This document shows, in pieces, positions 24,658 to 38,605 of a stretch of 64,000 bases of DNA. This DNA is from Octopus vulgaris (lineage: Eukaryota): NCBI GenBank assembly GCA_951406725.2, contig OX597818.1:48732001-48796000 (forward strand), given 5' to 3'. Position numbers and translations under genes: made by a program. Numbering within the stretch: the first letter of the stretch is position 1; the number at the start of each line of letters is the position of its first letter. The notes under the pieces are model-generated. The model searched no databases and was not told the origin of the DNA. It worked only from the letters and a program-made list of their open reading frames with translations.

Positions 24658-26165
24658 CTTATAAGAAATATACTACCAATAACATTATAACTCACAAATA
24701 TGTGTTTATAGAATAATTGTAAACCATGAGCTAATTTTCAGGATAATTTTTGAGAATAGTTTTTTAATAGTTTAGTCAGGTGAGTGAAAGTGTGTGCCCT
24801 AATGGTTTGGGTGTTGCTTTCATGATTGTGGGATTGTGGTTTTGATTCCAAGGCCATGTTGTGCATTGTGTTTATGAACAAAACTCTTCATTCCATGTTG
24901 CTTCAGTTCACTAAGCTGTAAATTAGTTTCAACAATAACTGGGGAGTTAACCCTGTGATAGACTGGCATTCCATCCAGGAGGTATGTTGTAATCTCATTG
25001 ACTTATATGCTATGGGGACTAGGTTAGACTCTGGCCTTATGAGTTCTAGGGCTCATGACTGGCCCAAATCTGAGATAAATGATTGGGCTATGCTCATAAC
25101 TTTTATTGTCTGATACATCTAATAATGGTGGAGGCACGTGGCTTAGTAGTTAGGGTGTCAGCATCATCATCGTAAGATTGTGGTTTCGATTCCTGGACCG
25201 GGCGATGCGTTGTGTTCTTGAGCAAAACACTTCATTTCACGTTGCTCCAGTCCACTCAGCTGGCAAAAATGAGTAACGCTGCGATGTACTGGTGTCCCGT
25301 CCAGCTGGGGACCCATGAGCCTGGCTAGGCTTTAGAAAAGGGTGCATTTATTATTTTCTGCGATAGATTGGCGTCCCATCCAGCTGGGGGAAACACAGAA
25401 ACTGGGAAACTGGGGGAAACACAGAAACTGGGAAACCAGGCCCATGAGCCTGGCTAAGCTTGGAAAGTGCGCATAAATAAAAATAAATAACATCTAATAA
25501 TGAGTTTTGAACATCTATAATGATGATAACTATAGGTAAATACATGGGTGGAGAGAGAGACGGGGAGAGGGAGGGAGGGAGAGAGAGAGGGGAGGAGAAG
25601 GAGGGAGGGAGAGAGAGAAAGAGGAGGGGGTTTCTGGAAAGTAAGCTTTAACTAAAGTAGTTAGTGCTATTACAATGCCTTGTAGAGTGAAACAAAATTA
25701 CTTGAGGAGAGACAAGCACTAAAGACAGAAAAGCTAAATTTATACAATAAAACGAAAATAAAAATATCTAGGCTGCACCACACACACAAACACAAATGCA
25801 TGCTGTATACATCTGCTGCAATTTACAACACATTACAATCGATGGATTACCAGTGCATTGACCTGGTAACATATCTATTATTGTTGTGCAGGGCGGCAAG
25901 CTGGCAGAATTATTTGCAAAACAAGCAAAATGCTTAATAGCATTTCGTCCACCTTTATGTTGTGGTGCACCTGAGCACTGTATACAATAATTTCATTATA
26001 TATTAAAATTCTATTGAGGTCGACTTGGCTTTTCATCCTTTTGGGGTCGATAAAATAAGTCCCATTTGAGCACTGGAGGCAATGTGTTTGACTTACCATT
26101 TCCCCTGAAATTGCTAGCCTTGTGTCAAAATTTGACATCATCATCATCATTATCATCATCATCAC

Positions 26166-26220
<55 letters not shown>

Positions 26221-26740
26221 GCGTGAGAGAGCAGTGCATGCCATCAAAGTGACACTGTTGTAAAATATACGAAGCCCAGTATACCCATCATGACTACTCA
26301 TCCTTTAAGGGTACACCAGGCACAGCAACACAACCATATGTGAGCGACATGGTGATTTCATATCAAGATAAACAGTGCATGACTTTGCAGGTGGGGCCCA
26401 GTTAGAATTTTCTACTGGTCAAGTAGTTCATCCCACTAAAAAGGTCTGTGAATATGGGTTGTTTAAGGATGTTGAACAAAACATCCATGTTTCCAAAGGT
26501 GAATTATTCAAACCCCAAAGAATCCCTCTCAACACATGGCTATGATGCTTCCCCACTACTTCTGCTCTTGATTAGAGATGCACATATCGTCAGCTACTAA
26601 GGGACATGCTCAACTGGTTAAGGTCAAACAACTGACAAGCAAATCTGTGGTATTGAGCAGAATGTTTGCTGTAGCCCATCTTTTATACCAAGACAAAACA
26701 ATGTACATGATAACACTTCCAATCAGTTAAGACCAGAAGC
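26221..26740 (-). mobile_element. (TAA)n-associated retroelement copy
   Basis: Matches 14127-14654; adjacent (TTA)n. Confidence 0.75.
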
Positions 26741-27066
26741 AAGCTACTTACCACACAGCCACTCCTGTGCCAATAAGAGGAGTTGTACAAGTTTTTATAT
26801 TGTCTAAACTTTTGTTCTTCAGCATGATGTTGATGATGATGATGATGATAATGATGATATATATCTGCTCAATTGAAAAAGTGCCTATAGCCAATTGTCA
26901 TTATGCAACAATAACATGTCTTTTGTTTAGTTGTAAACTTAAGTTGGAGTTTTAGTCAGAAGTGCACTAATTTTATGTATCTATTTATTTACATCACCAC
27001 ACATGATATTACTTGAATTTGCCCTCTTTCCATACCTGCCTGCCTGCCTGCCTGCCTGCCTGCTTA

Positions 27067-27183
<117 letters not shown>

Positions 27184-28188
27184 TAGCATGGAAAACGGAC
27201 GCTAAATGATGATGATGATGATGATGATATATATATATATATATATATTAATGAGTAAATATGTAATACTGTCAGGCAAGAATCTTTTCCCCCTGGTTCC
27301 ACTTCCTAGATATTATTCATAACTAGCTGAATGACTATTCAGTTTTGAATCTTTGTATTACTTACATAATTTGTGTTATTCAAAAACATCATTCCAGTTT
27401 CAGTCTATCTGATATTTGTCTTCATTAGCACAACATTCATCAACTTCTTCGTTACTTTCATACACAAATATTTAAATTGTTGAATATGTATGGCTGAAAT
27501 AAACTGAAAGTCAAACTAAGAGCTAACCTCTTTCATTGTCCTTCAATCAAAATCTTTATCTACATGTCTAGCATAATAATGGGCCTGGTATTTTTCGCTC
27601 TACTCTCATTAGCTAACGTCATTTCTGTGTCTAATCTATGATGAATTAAAAAAGTTTTTAGGTTATTCTAAGCAGTATGTACCATTTCTTCTCTGCAAAG
27701 CATTGCAGTTTAGTAAAAAGTTTGTTTCCCAACTTAGTGGTTTCATGTTCACTCCCATTGCATGGTACTTTGTGTAAAATTGTCTTCTATTATAACCTCA
27801 GGCCAACCCAAACTTTGAGAGTGGATTTGGTTGGTGGAAACTGAAAGAAGCCTGTCGTATATATATATGTATGTGTATGTGTGTGTGTTACTGTCTCTTT
27901 ATCTTGACATTGCATAAGAGTCGTAAGTGAATGACACTATCATTCATGCAAGTGGTTTCCTTTGTTTCCAATCTCCCATGAAAACATGACTGGCCATGGG
28001 GAAATAATTAACATACTTGAAAACAAGTGAGTGTTGGTGACAGCAAGGGCATCCAGCTTTAGAAAATCCACCTCAACAAATTTTGTTTGACCCATGCGAG
28101 CATGGAGGTGGATGATAAAATGACAATGACAACAACGGCAGCGATGATGACAGGGGTGGCAGCGGCAGCAATGATGATGACAATGACA

Positions 28189-28223
<35 letters not shown>

Positions 28224-28599
28224 GATGATGACAAAAATGTTTAAGACCTTCTATGGTTCAGTTATTAACCCTTTCGTTACTGTATTTCTGTTGAGATGCT
28301 CCGTGTTTCTTTCAATTATTTTAGATATAACAAAGAATTTAGTAAAATAACTTAGTTATCACTCAGCTAGTGTTATGTCATCATCGTCGTCATCGTCACC
28401 ATCGTCACCATCGTCACCATAGTCACCATCGTCACCATCATCATCATCATCATGAAATATTACCCAGATATATTACTTTTAATTTTAAAAGAAATAGTTT
28501 AAAACTTGAAATAAATGCATGCCTTGTTGTTGACCCTCTCTTTTACTCATATAGTGTATATCTTGGATTACATTATCTAACATAACCATTTCGTTATAC

Positions 28600-28800
28600 C
28601 AGTGGTTTTCAACCAGGGTTCCGCCAGTACAGTCCAGGGGTTCCGCAAGAAGTTACAAAACTGCTAAAATCGGCAGTAATTTTTAATTCTCCTGTGCAGA
28701 TATGTGTGCATAAAACTATTAAATTATTGCAGAGGGGTTCCTCGAGCCAGTGGAATGTTTTCTTGGGGTTCCGCTCCAACAAAAAGTTTGAAAAGCACTG
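28600..28800. mobile_element. hAT MITE (201 bp)
   Basis: TIRs CAGTGGTTTTCAA/TTGAAAAGCACTG; perfect 8-bp TSD CGTTATAC at 28592-28599 and 28801-28808. Confidence 0.92.
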
Positions 28801-28931
28801 CGTTATACTTTTATGAAAACGAGTTATGATTTGAGAGGAATTTGACTGCTATTTCTGTTATATCAAATGACCATGTAGAGGTTGCCACATTGTTTTTCCT
28901 TTTTTAAATCAGGCTTTAATTTTATTTTTAC

Positions 28932-29019
28932 ATTGCAGGAAGTGGAAAAGGATATGAATAGCTTATTAAACCCACTTCCTCACAAAGGGCAATAAATATT
29001 TTGAAGTTTATGTCATTAC
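28932..29019 (-). CDS. Tentative exon of the minus-strand gene (NDINFKIFIALCEEVGLISYSYPFPLPA)
   Basis: Strong acceptor tttcatctctttcag, single open frame, weak gtaaaa donor; not directly phase-compatible with exon 38164-38287 unless it is terminal (VMT*) or an exon is missed. Confidence 0.4.
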
Positions 29020-29436
29020 CTGAAAGAGATGAAATATGAACTAGTCAAAATAAAGTTGTTAGATTATAAAAACATAATTAGTAACAACTCGTTTTGCATC
29101 CTGTAGATTGAACATCATGATCATTCAATTCCACCTTTATAGAAATAAAACCTAGAAATAAAAACCTAGAATTAGGTGACCTTAAATGGAATTTAAAACA
29201 GACCAAAGTATTGTGGTAAGTAGGGCAAAAGTCAGGGCTCTGGAACAGCCAAGAAAATGCTTGTTATTTCCTTAATGCTATCAGGGTCCTGTTTTCAGAT
29301 TAGTATATTATATACATATAACATTTATATAAAATGTTTGATATATAAAAAATAATAAAGATACAAATACATACATACACATACACACACATACACACAC
29401 TCCACACTCACATACACATCTGTTTACATATATCTG

Positions 29437-29543
<107 letters not shown>

Positions 29544-29649
29544 TTATCTATCGATCTATCTGTCTGTCTGTTTGTCAGTCTGTCTATCTATCTATCCATC
29601 TATCCATCCATCCATCCATCCATCTATCTAATGTATGTATGCGTGTGTG

Positions 29650-29691
<42 letters not shown>

Positions 29692-30584
29692 GGCTTCCGC
29701 AGAGTTTCTAACTACATAATTTCTCTCATGAGGTACTGGTCACTCTGAAGCTACAACAGATGACCCAAGGTGCCCAAGGTGGCACAAAACTGAACCAATA
29801 ACCACATAGATTCAAAGTATACTTCTTAAATATACAACTATACTTGCTCATCTTTTCATAGTCTTCTGTTATTGGCCTTTCCCCCCCCCCCCCCACAATC
29901 CCTGTCTTAATACTATTGAAGTGGCACTATATTAAAGCAAGTCTCTACTTTATAATCCAGTCAAGTATTTGTTAAAGTCATGTTCTTTTGTTTTGCCTGC
30001 TACTAAAATCTGGCGAATTTCATCTGACTTGACATTTAAATTGTTATGTAAGTGTTTGGTTATTTGCTTAACCTTGTTGCTGGGTGTGAAATGTCGCAAT
30101 CATGGAAAGTAGCTATGGAACATGACCCGTGATGGAGAGTGAATTGATAAAGAGGTGACCGAAAAATGCTTTTAAGATTATGATTTGGCTAAATTATAAT
30201 TAGGATTTATAAGCAATGCCTTGTGATTATTATGATAATGTGTTAAAATGTAGGTTGAATGCAGTTACTTATTCTAATGCAACACATATACTTATAGAAA
30301 GTTTAGAGGAAAATTACGGGAATAGTAATTTATAAATAAGTATATATATACACATATATACATCATCATCGTTGTCATTGTTGTTTATCATCTGCTTTCT
30401 ATGTTGGCATATATTTTGCAGAAAAATCTGTCAGTGCAGCCAGCCATGAGACTTGAACTCACATCCCTGTGATTACACATCATGTGTTTTACCATTTAGC
30501 TAAGCTGTCCCAAAAGCAAATTTTTCTGCAAATTAAGGATATATAAATCTAGCTTTATAAGACACTATTGTGTGTGTATATATA

Positions 30585-31030
30585 TCATCGTCATCATCAT
30601 CATCGTTTAACATCCGCTTTCCATGCTAGCATGGGTCGGACGGTTTAACTGAGGGCTGGCGAACCAGATGGATGCACCAGGCTTCAATCTTGATCTGGCA
30701 GAGTTTCTACAGCTGGATGCCCTTCCTAATGCCAACCACTCCGAGAGTGTAGTGGAAGCTTTTACGTGCCACCGGCATGGGGGCCAGTCAGGCGGTACTG
30801 GCAACGACCTCACGCGAATGTTTTTACACATGCCAATGGCACAGGTGCCAGTAAAGCGATGCTGGTAACAATCCCACTTGAATGGTGCCTCTTACATGCC
30901 ACCAGCATGGAAGCCAGGTAGCCGCTCTGGCAACGATCATGCTCGGATGGTGCTCTTAGCACCCTACTAGCACGGGGCACAAGTGCCATTAAGGTGTAGC
31001 TGGTAATGATCACACTCAAATGGTGCCTTC
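30585..31030 (-). mobile_element. Repeat family C
   Basis: Body plus about 5 tandem hairpin units. Confidence 0.8.
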
Positions 31031-31740
31031 ATATATATATGTATGTATATATATAATTCAGTTAGAGGTTATGTTAGCCTCTTGAAGGGATGGCATCATA
31101 CAAAGAAATACTGGTTCAATACCTAATATTTTAGGGGAATTGATTTCCTTAAAATAATTGGTTTGTATATAAACCGTAGTTTATATTCATGCAAAGGAAA
31201 AAAAAAAAGAGAAAATGGAGATTTTGAAATTAATAAGAGTTTATTATCAGCAACAAATCGATCATTATCATTAGGGATAATGATCAATATGTTACTCATA
31301 AAAAAAAAAATCTTATCAACTTGAAAACCTCCGTTTTCTTCTTTTTCCTTATGTATATATATAGGGAGAGACAGAAGCACACACACACATACACACATAT
31401 ATATATGCACACATACATATTCATATGTATCATCATCATCATCATCATCATCATCATTTAACGTCCATCTTCTATGCTGGCATCGGTTGGACAGTTTGAT
31501 AGGAACTGGCAAGCCAGAGGTTTGCATCAAGTTCCAGGCATCTGTTGTGACAGTTTCTATGGCTGGATGTCCTTCCTAACACCAACCGCTTTACAGAGTG
31601 TACAGGGTGTGTTTGGTGTGATGCCAGCATGGTTGGGGGTTTTACATGGCACCAGAACGGGTGCTTCATCTGTGAGATCAGCATGGGTGCTTTTTATGTG
31701 ATGCCAGCATGCACGCACACACACACACACACACACACTT

Positions 31741-33099
31741 CAGGGTGGCCCAAAACTCAATCAGGTGTTATAATTTTAAATAATTCCCTTATTTTTACAA
31801 ATAGGTGTATGAAATTTTAATTCAATATAGAGGAGATAATGGAGATTAATTTGCATTACTACCCTTTCCAAAATATACCCCATGACAACTGTAAGGGTTT
31901 GAGGGGAGTTCCCTGATTTCTCTAGTGATATTCTCCTTCAGTTGTTCCAGGATTTCTAGTTTGTTGATATAAACCTTCTCCTTGAGGTACCCCCACAAGT
32001 CAAGGCTGGTCAAGTTTGGGGAACGTGATGGCCAGTTGACATTGCAGCAATGAGAGATGATTCTTTCTCCAAAATATTTTTTTCTTTTCTACTCTAGGCA
32101 CAAAGCTCAAAACTTTTGGGGAGGGGGCCAGTCGATTAGATCAACCCCAGTATGCAACTAGTACTTAATTTATTAACCCTCCCCTCCAAAAGGATGAAAG
32201 GCAAAGTCGACCTCGGTAGAATTTGAACTCAGAATATAAAGACAGAAGAAATACTTATTTCTTTATTGCCCACAAGGGGCTAAATATAGAGGGGACAAAC
32301 AAGGACAGAGAAAGGGATTAAGTCGATTACATCGACCTCAGTGTGTAACTGGTACTTAATTTATCGACCCCAAAAGGATGAAAGGCAAAGTTGACCTCGG
32401 TAGAATTTGAACTCAGAATGTAAAGACAGATGAAATACTTATTTCTTTATTGCCCACAAGGGGCTAAACATAGAGGGGACAAACAAGGACAGGCAAAGGG
32501 ATTAAGTCAATTACATCGACCCCAGTGCGTAACTGGTACTTAATTTATCGACCCCAAAAGGATGAAAGGCAAAGTCGACCTCGGCGGAATTTGAACTCAG
32601 AACGTAATGGCAGACGAAATACGGCTACGCATTTCGCCCAGCGTCCTAACGTTTCTGCTAGCTCGCCACCTTTCTTTCTCCAGCAACTGTATTCTCTCTC
32701 TTGTGGTATGTGTAGTTACCTCATCTTACTGGAACCTATTTGAATGGCCAGGCACAAAAAGTTCTCAATCATGGACCTGTACCACTTACCAGTTACAGTG
32801 ACAGCATTCCCATCATCATCCTCAAAGAAATAAAGCCTGTTTATCTCATCCACATAATCGCACACCATACTGTACACTCTATGAGGTGCCAATCTCTTTG
32901 GTGTTCTCCGGACTTGAATTATTGACCTCTGATTTTGATAGCACAATTTGACCAGTTGGGTGCGTTGTGCAGTACCATATTTTTCCATAATTAATTTCAA
33001 GAAGTAGTCTGTAAAATCCCCGAAAAGAAAAAGAAAAGGTAAAAATATAAAAGAATTATCAAAGATTTGCAACCCCTCAGTGACTTTTGGGCCAACTTA
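31741..33099 (-). mobile_element. Decayed rosa-like (DD41D-type) Tc1/mariner transposon with nested SINE array
   Basis: TIRs CAGGGTGGCCCAAAACTCA / TGACTTTTGGGCCAACTT; MEKY...QRTQLVKLCYQNQRS, YFFEDDDGNAVTVTGKWYRSMI, NWPSRSPNLTSLD-LWGYLKEKVY. Confidence 0.8.
32084..32671 (-). mobile_element. SINE family A, tandem array of about three ~183-bp units
   Basis: AAAGGATGAAAGGCAAAGTYGACCTCGG occurs three times at ~183-bp spacing. Confidence 0.85.
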
Positions 33100-33109
33100 T
33101 ATATCTACA

Positions 33110-33207
<98 letters not shown>

Positions 33208-33356
33208 TTACGGAGATGTACTTGCATAGTGAGTGACTTGATCTGAGATCATGTGCTGGAACGAAAACAATTGCAGCATCGAAGGTGTTTGTAAGCCATT
33301 TAAGAAACACACAAAAGCCGTTTGATTCACTTCAACATTTAAATTTAGCATGAAGC

Positions 33357-33407
33357 TTTGTCAGTGAACAGGTCACGGTCTCAAAGCGCCGAAAATATTT
33401 TGACAAA
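33357..33407 (+). ncRNA. Type I hammerhead-like motif with G3-C8 swap, inside an ~82-bp inverted repeat (33266-33347/33409-33489)
   Basis: TTTGTCA-GTGAACA-GG...CC-GAAA-ATATT-T-TGACAAA: 7-bp stem I, palindromic stem III AATATT. Confidence 0.55.
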
Positions 33408-33527
33408 TTAAATTTAAATGTTGGAGTGAATCTAATGGTTTTGTGTGTTTCTTAAATGGCTTATAAACACCTTCCACGCTGCAATTGTTATATATATATA
33501 TATATATATATATTTATACATACATAC

Positions 33528-33593
<66 letters not shown>

Positions 33594-33806
33594 GTATGTA
33601 TAGATATATATATATATAGGTTATATCTATATACATATAAATATATATTCATGCATACATACAGTCATACATACATATATATACATGCACACACAAAGAG
33701 ACACACATTCACAAACACATACTGAAGCAAAGAAATACACACACACATATACTACACATACATTAAGAGAGGAGGAGGAAGAGAGGCAGGAGGGAAAGAG
33801 AGAGGG

Positions 33807-33837
<31 letters not shown>

Positions 33838-34108
33838 ATTCATATCTTTACTGATATCAAAGTGGGGGCAGTATGAACAAAACAAAATTTAGTCAAGATA
33901 ATATACTTTTGGAGAATAATGAATAACTAAGTAAACCGATAACGACTCTCAGCTGATATGGCCAAGGTTTATCTTTGCAAGTCAGTTTGGAAATTGAGTT
34001 GTACTTTTAATTGACTGGTCAATGTTCTCATGTTTTAATGTCTAAAAATGCATGCTTTTCACCATTTGGACTTTAGTATCCTTGCTTAAATCTTGCCCCT
34101 TCTGTTAA

Positions 34109-34327
34109 CCCTTTAGTGTTCAGATTATTCTATCAAACATAATGCTAATTGATTCACATTGATTTGAATTAATCATGCATTATCTCATATCTTCAAGATC
34201 TTGATGGTGTAATTACTTAATGTAGAATAACATTGTAGGGTAGGTGTGAGAGCCTGGATCTGGTCAGTTTGAACATAAAACAGATTAACCACTTTGGCCG
34301 GATATGGCCGGTTTAAATACTAAAGGG
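34109..34327. mobile_element. piggyBac-type MITE
   Basis: TTAA TSDs, same termini; inverted relative to 23732-23950. Confidence 0.9.
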
Positions 34328-34507
34328 TTAAAGAACTCCTATAATTGGAACTGGAAGGAGAAAAATTTTATATATATTTAGAATGACTGAAATAATACAA
34401 GTATTAATATTAAGATATGTTTGTAGCTGTCTTCTACACTTGCTGAAAAACTTAAAAGTATAATGGTCGCTATTTTTTCATTGCATAATTAATTTATTTG
34501 TTGCATG

Positions 34508-34539
<32 letters not shown>

Positions 34540-35185
34540 GTTTAACATCCGCTTTCCATGCTAGCGTGGGTTGGACGATTTGACTGAGGACTGGCAAACC
34601 AGATGGCTGCACCAGGCTCCAATCTGATCTGACAGAGTTTCTACAGCTGGATGACCTTCCTAATGCCAACCACTCTGAGAGTGTCATGGGTGCTTTCATG
34701 TGCCACCGGCACGAGGGCAAGTCAGGCAGTACTGGCAACGGCCATGCTCAAATGGTGTTTTTTACGTGCCACCTGCACAGGAGCCAGTCCAGCGGCACTG
34801 GCAACGACCTCACTCGAATGTTTTTTCACATGCCACTGGCAAAAGTGCCAGTAAGGCGATACTGGCAAAGGTTCACACTTGAATGGTGCTTTTTACATAT
34901 CACCGGCACGGAAGCCAATTAGCTGCTCTGGCAATGATCACGCTCAGATGGTGCTCTTAGCACTCCACTGGCACGGATGCCAGTCATCAAATTTGATTTC
35001 AATTTCAATTTCACTTGCCTCAACAGGTCTTCGCAAGCAGAGTTTAGTGTCCAATGAAGGAAAGGTATGCATAAGTGGGCTGGTTACACCCATGGCACAG
35101 GCCACGAGGTTATGGTCTCACTTGGCTTGCTGGGTCTTCTCAAGCACAGCATATTTCCAAAGGTCTCGGTCACTAGTCAGGTCTC
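34508..35185 (-). mobile_element. Longest family C copy, including RTE ORF terminus
   Basis: Minus strand at ~35117-35180 reads TSDRDLWKYAVLEKTQQAK*, then tandem-unit 3' UTR and (GAT)n. Confidence 0.75.
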
Positions 35186-35685
35186 GGTCCAATTTTTGAA
35201 AGCTTACTGAATGAAACTTGATAAGATATTAATTCCATGACCTACTCTTTTTTTTTAAATAATAAATATGATGCATAAAAAGCACTGATGCCTGTGCTAC
35301 ATACAAAAAATATCTGTGCTGATGCTATGTTAGAAGCAACTGTGTCTGTGCCACTTAAAACACATCTGTGCTGGTGCCACGTAAAAAGTAGTTGTGCCAG
35401 TGCTATGTAAAAAATACATGTGTTTGTGTTACGTAAAAAAGCACCCAGTATACTGTAAAGTGGTTGGCATTAGGAAGGGCATCCAGCTATAAGAACCATG
35501 CCAAAACAGAGAATTGAAACCTGGTGTAGCCCTCCAGCTTGCCAAATCCTGTTGGACCATCCAATCCATGCCAGCATGGAAAATGGATGTTAAATGATGA
35601 TGACGATAAGATGATGATATGATGATGACGATAAGATGATGATAAGATGATGATGATGATGATAATGATGATGATGATGATGATA

Positions 35686-35913
35686 TGGCGAGCTGGCAGA
35701 AACGCTAGCACGCCGGGCGAAATGCGTAACCGTATTTCGTCTGCCGTTACTTTCTGAGTTCAAATTCCGCCGAGGTCGACTTTGCCTTTCATCCTTTCGG
35801 GGTTGATAAATTAAGTACCAGTTACGCACTGGGGGTCGATATAATCGACTTAATCCGTTTGTCAGTTCTTGTTTGTCCCCTCTATGTTTAGTCCCTTGTG
35901 GGTAATAAAGAAA
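35686..35913 (+). mobile_element. SINE family A
   Basis: Full match. Confidence 0.85.
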
Positions 35914-36151
35914 CCGATAGCATATCTAAGTAATATTTTTCTCTAAAATATGTTAAAACCAGTGGACAATGTTACTTTGTAATTCTCTCATCACTTACTT
36001 TGGTAAGTATAGTGAAATGTAAGCTTTATTCAGTAGGAGTGAAAGTTGGCCAGAGTTATCTCCTATCCAAACTGGGATAATTAAAATATTAATAAAGCTG
36101 TGAGGTTACCCTCTGTTTATCTTTGCATTTCTTTACTGTTTATACAGACAA

Positions 36152-36497
36152 TTTTAGCCCTTTAAACATGTATACGATTTTAACCCTTTAAACATGTATA
36201 CAATTTTAACCCTTTAAACATGTATACAATTTTAACTCTTTAAACATGTATACAATTTTTATACAATTTTAACCCTTTAAACATGTATACAATTTTAACC
36301 CTTTAAACATGTATACAATTTTAACCTCTTTAAACATGTATACAATTTTTATACAATTTTAACCCTTTAAACATGTATACAATTTTAACCCTTTAAACAT
36401 GTATACAATTTTAACCCTTTAAACGTGTGTACAATTTTTATACAATTTTAACCCTTTAAACATGTATACAATTTCAACCCTTTAAACATGTATACAA
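36152..36497. repeat. 26-bp minisatellite (12 units) with 89-bp higher-order period
   Basis: TTTTAACCCTTTAAACATGTATACAA x12; extra TTTTTATACAA after units 4, 7 and 10. Confidence 0.95.
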
Positions 36498-36860
36498 TAA
36501 TCCCTCATCTATCGCAGGTGTTACATTCCACCCCCAGACCCCGCGATTGATGAAAATTCGCGAAATGGAAACAGTACTATGCTGTATATTTTTTTATTAT
36601 TTATATAATTTGTATATATTTATTTTATAATAAATGCAAAACAATACCACACACTCACCTTCTGAGGTTCGTTTTCCATACAGCATGAGCGATTCTTTGT
36701 TTATTTATCTACGGTACACTACGTATTTTCTTTTAATATATTTTAATTAATGAGTTATACAGTGCGGTACTGTACTGTTTATTTATTAATTTATTAATTT
36801 TTAGGCGTGAAAATTCTTGTTTACCTCAGAAATAATTAAAATCTAAAAATATATAAAATA

Positions 36861-37166
36861 CTAGCAGTATCGCCCAGCGTTGCTCGGGTTTGTAAGGGAA
36901 ATAACTATATAAGCATTTTTAGAGAGTTACTTCCCGTATATAAACCAAGCAAAAAATGCATTAAAAATACAAAAAAATGATGGTAAATTTTTTTTAAATC
37001 GTAGACTCATCGTAGACGTGCCCTAATACCTAGAAGGGCTCGATATGAATCACGACTATAAGATACCCACTTTTGGTTAACTGCACCGCAAAATGTGGGA
37101 GTAGTTAGGAATTTAAATCGGAGGAGACAGACTCTCACACACACAACTTCAGTTTTATATATAAGA
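36861..37166 (-). mobile_element. Non-autonomous Helitron
   Basis: Reverse complement of the 7201/48242 family; TC...hairpin-CTAG, between A and T. Confidence 0.85.
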
Positions 37167-37302
37167 TATAACTCTGCTGTATTCTTTCACCACAACTTTC
37201 TCTCACTCTTTCTACCTGTTTCTGTTGTACCTGTATTTCAAAGGGGCCAGCCTTGTCACACTCTGTGTCACACCGAATCTCCCCAAGAACTACGTTAAGG
37301 GT

Positions 37303-37866
37303 ACACGTGTCTGTGGAGTGCTCAACCACTTGCACATTAACTTCACGAGCAGGCTGCTCCGTTGATCGGATCAACTGGAACCCTCGTCGTCGTAAACGAT
37401 GGAGTGCCGAAGATATGTGCCTGTGATTGTGTGTGTATGTATGTGTGTGTATGTGCATGTGTGTTTGTGTGTGTGTGTATGTGTGTCAGAATAGAAAAAA
37501 GAATGTCACTTATAAAGTTATGTAAGTACAGTAAGGTCATATTGGTGAACTTTTCACTTTCAATAAGCATGTAAAAAATAACACATGTCTGTGGAGTACT
37601 CAACCACTTGCACATTAACTTCATGAGCAGGCTGTTCCGTTGATCAGATCATCTGGAACCCTCGTCGTCGTAACAGATGGAGTGCCGAAGATACGTGCCT
37701 GTGATTGTGTGTGTGTGTGTGTGTGTGTACGTATGTGTGTATGTGCATGTGTGTGTGTATGTATGTGTGTGTCAGAATAGAAAAAAGAATGTCACTTATA
37801 AAGTTATGTAAGTACAGTAAGGTCATATTGGGTGAACTTTTCACTTTCAATAAGCATGTAAAAAAA
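37303..37866. repeat. ~280-bp tandem duplication (SINE D 3' part + unique tail)
   Basis: ACAYGTGTCTGTGGAGT...CAATAAGCATGTAAAAAA occurs twice. Confidence 0.9.
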
Positions 37867-38163
37867 ATAATGCCCTCTTCAAGTAAATAAAAGTAAAATG
37901 ATAAAATAAAAAGTTTAAAAGTTCTCTAATATTAGGTCAAGATTTTAAATAATTTCACATTTTCAAATAACAGCATGGCTTTTCTCATTTATTCAGAAGA
38001 TTACTAACCTAAGCATTTATCACATTATCTTTCAGCAGTACGTGTCTAAGGATCCTTCTACTCACTTTTCTTTTTCTTTTTTTGTTTTTATCTTTTTGTT
38101 CTTCTTGTCTAAGCCTCGTTGTTTATCTTCATGTCTTTTATCTCTTTACTTTAAAACAATTAC

Positions 38164-38287
38164 CTCTTCACAACTTGCTAAACATGGTTTTCCATAGTCA
38201 ATATTTAAAGTAATGTCAGTATCATATAGATCAAACTGTGCGAGATGAGAGTCACTAAACTTAACACCCCACCCCCCCCAACCAGCT
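38164..38287 (-). CDS. Exon of minus-strand gene (AGWGGWGVKFSDSHLAQFDLYDTDITLNIDYGKPCLASCEE)
   Basis: ttcttcatttgcag acceptor, 124 nt open, GAG|gtaatt donor; phase-2 join AG|A with exon 38606-38689. Confidence 0.75.
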
Positions 38288-38605
38288 CTGCAAATGAAGA
38301 AAATCCACTAAACTTGAAAAAAGCATGTGTGTCACACCATTTCAGAACCCTTGCTCTTTTAAATATCTAGCCTTGTGTCTAAGAAATAATTAGAACAATG
38401 TTATGATCTAGAACAGAGATAAGATCTTGACAAGCCAAGTCTGCAATCTACTTCTCATTTTGCTGACACTATTAAAATTATTTCATTTGGGTTTTCCATT
38501 AAAAATTCATAAAATGAGGTTTCTAATTTCTACATTAATATGGTTAATTCTACATATTTAAACTTGAAAGGTGATATACTTTCAGAATATAATTGGTATA
38601 CCTAC

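Noticed and set aside
35999-36072. Possible minus-strand exon WIGDNSGQLSLLLNKAYISLYLP with gtaagt donor
   Set aside because: Phases do not fit the neighbouring exons
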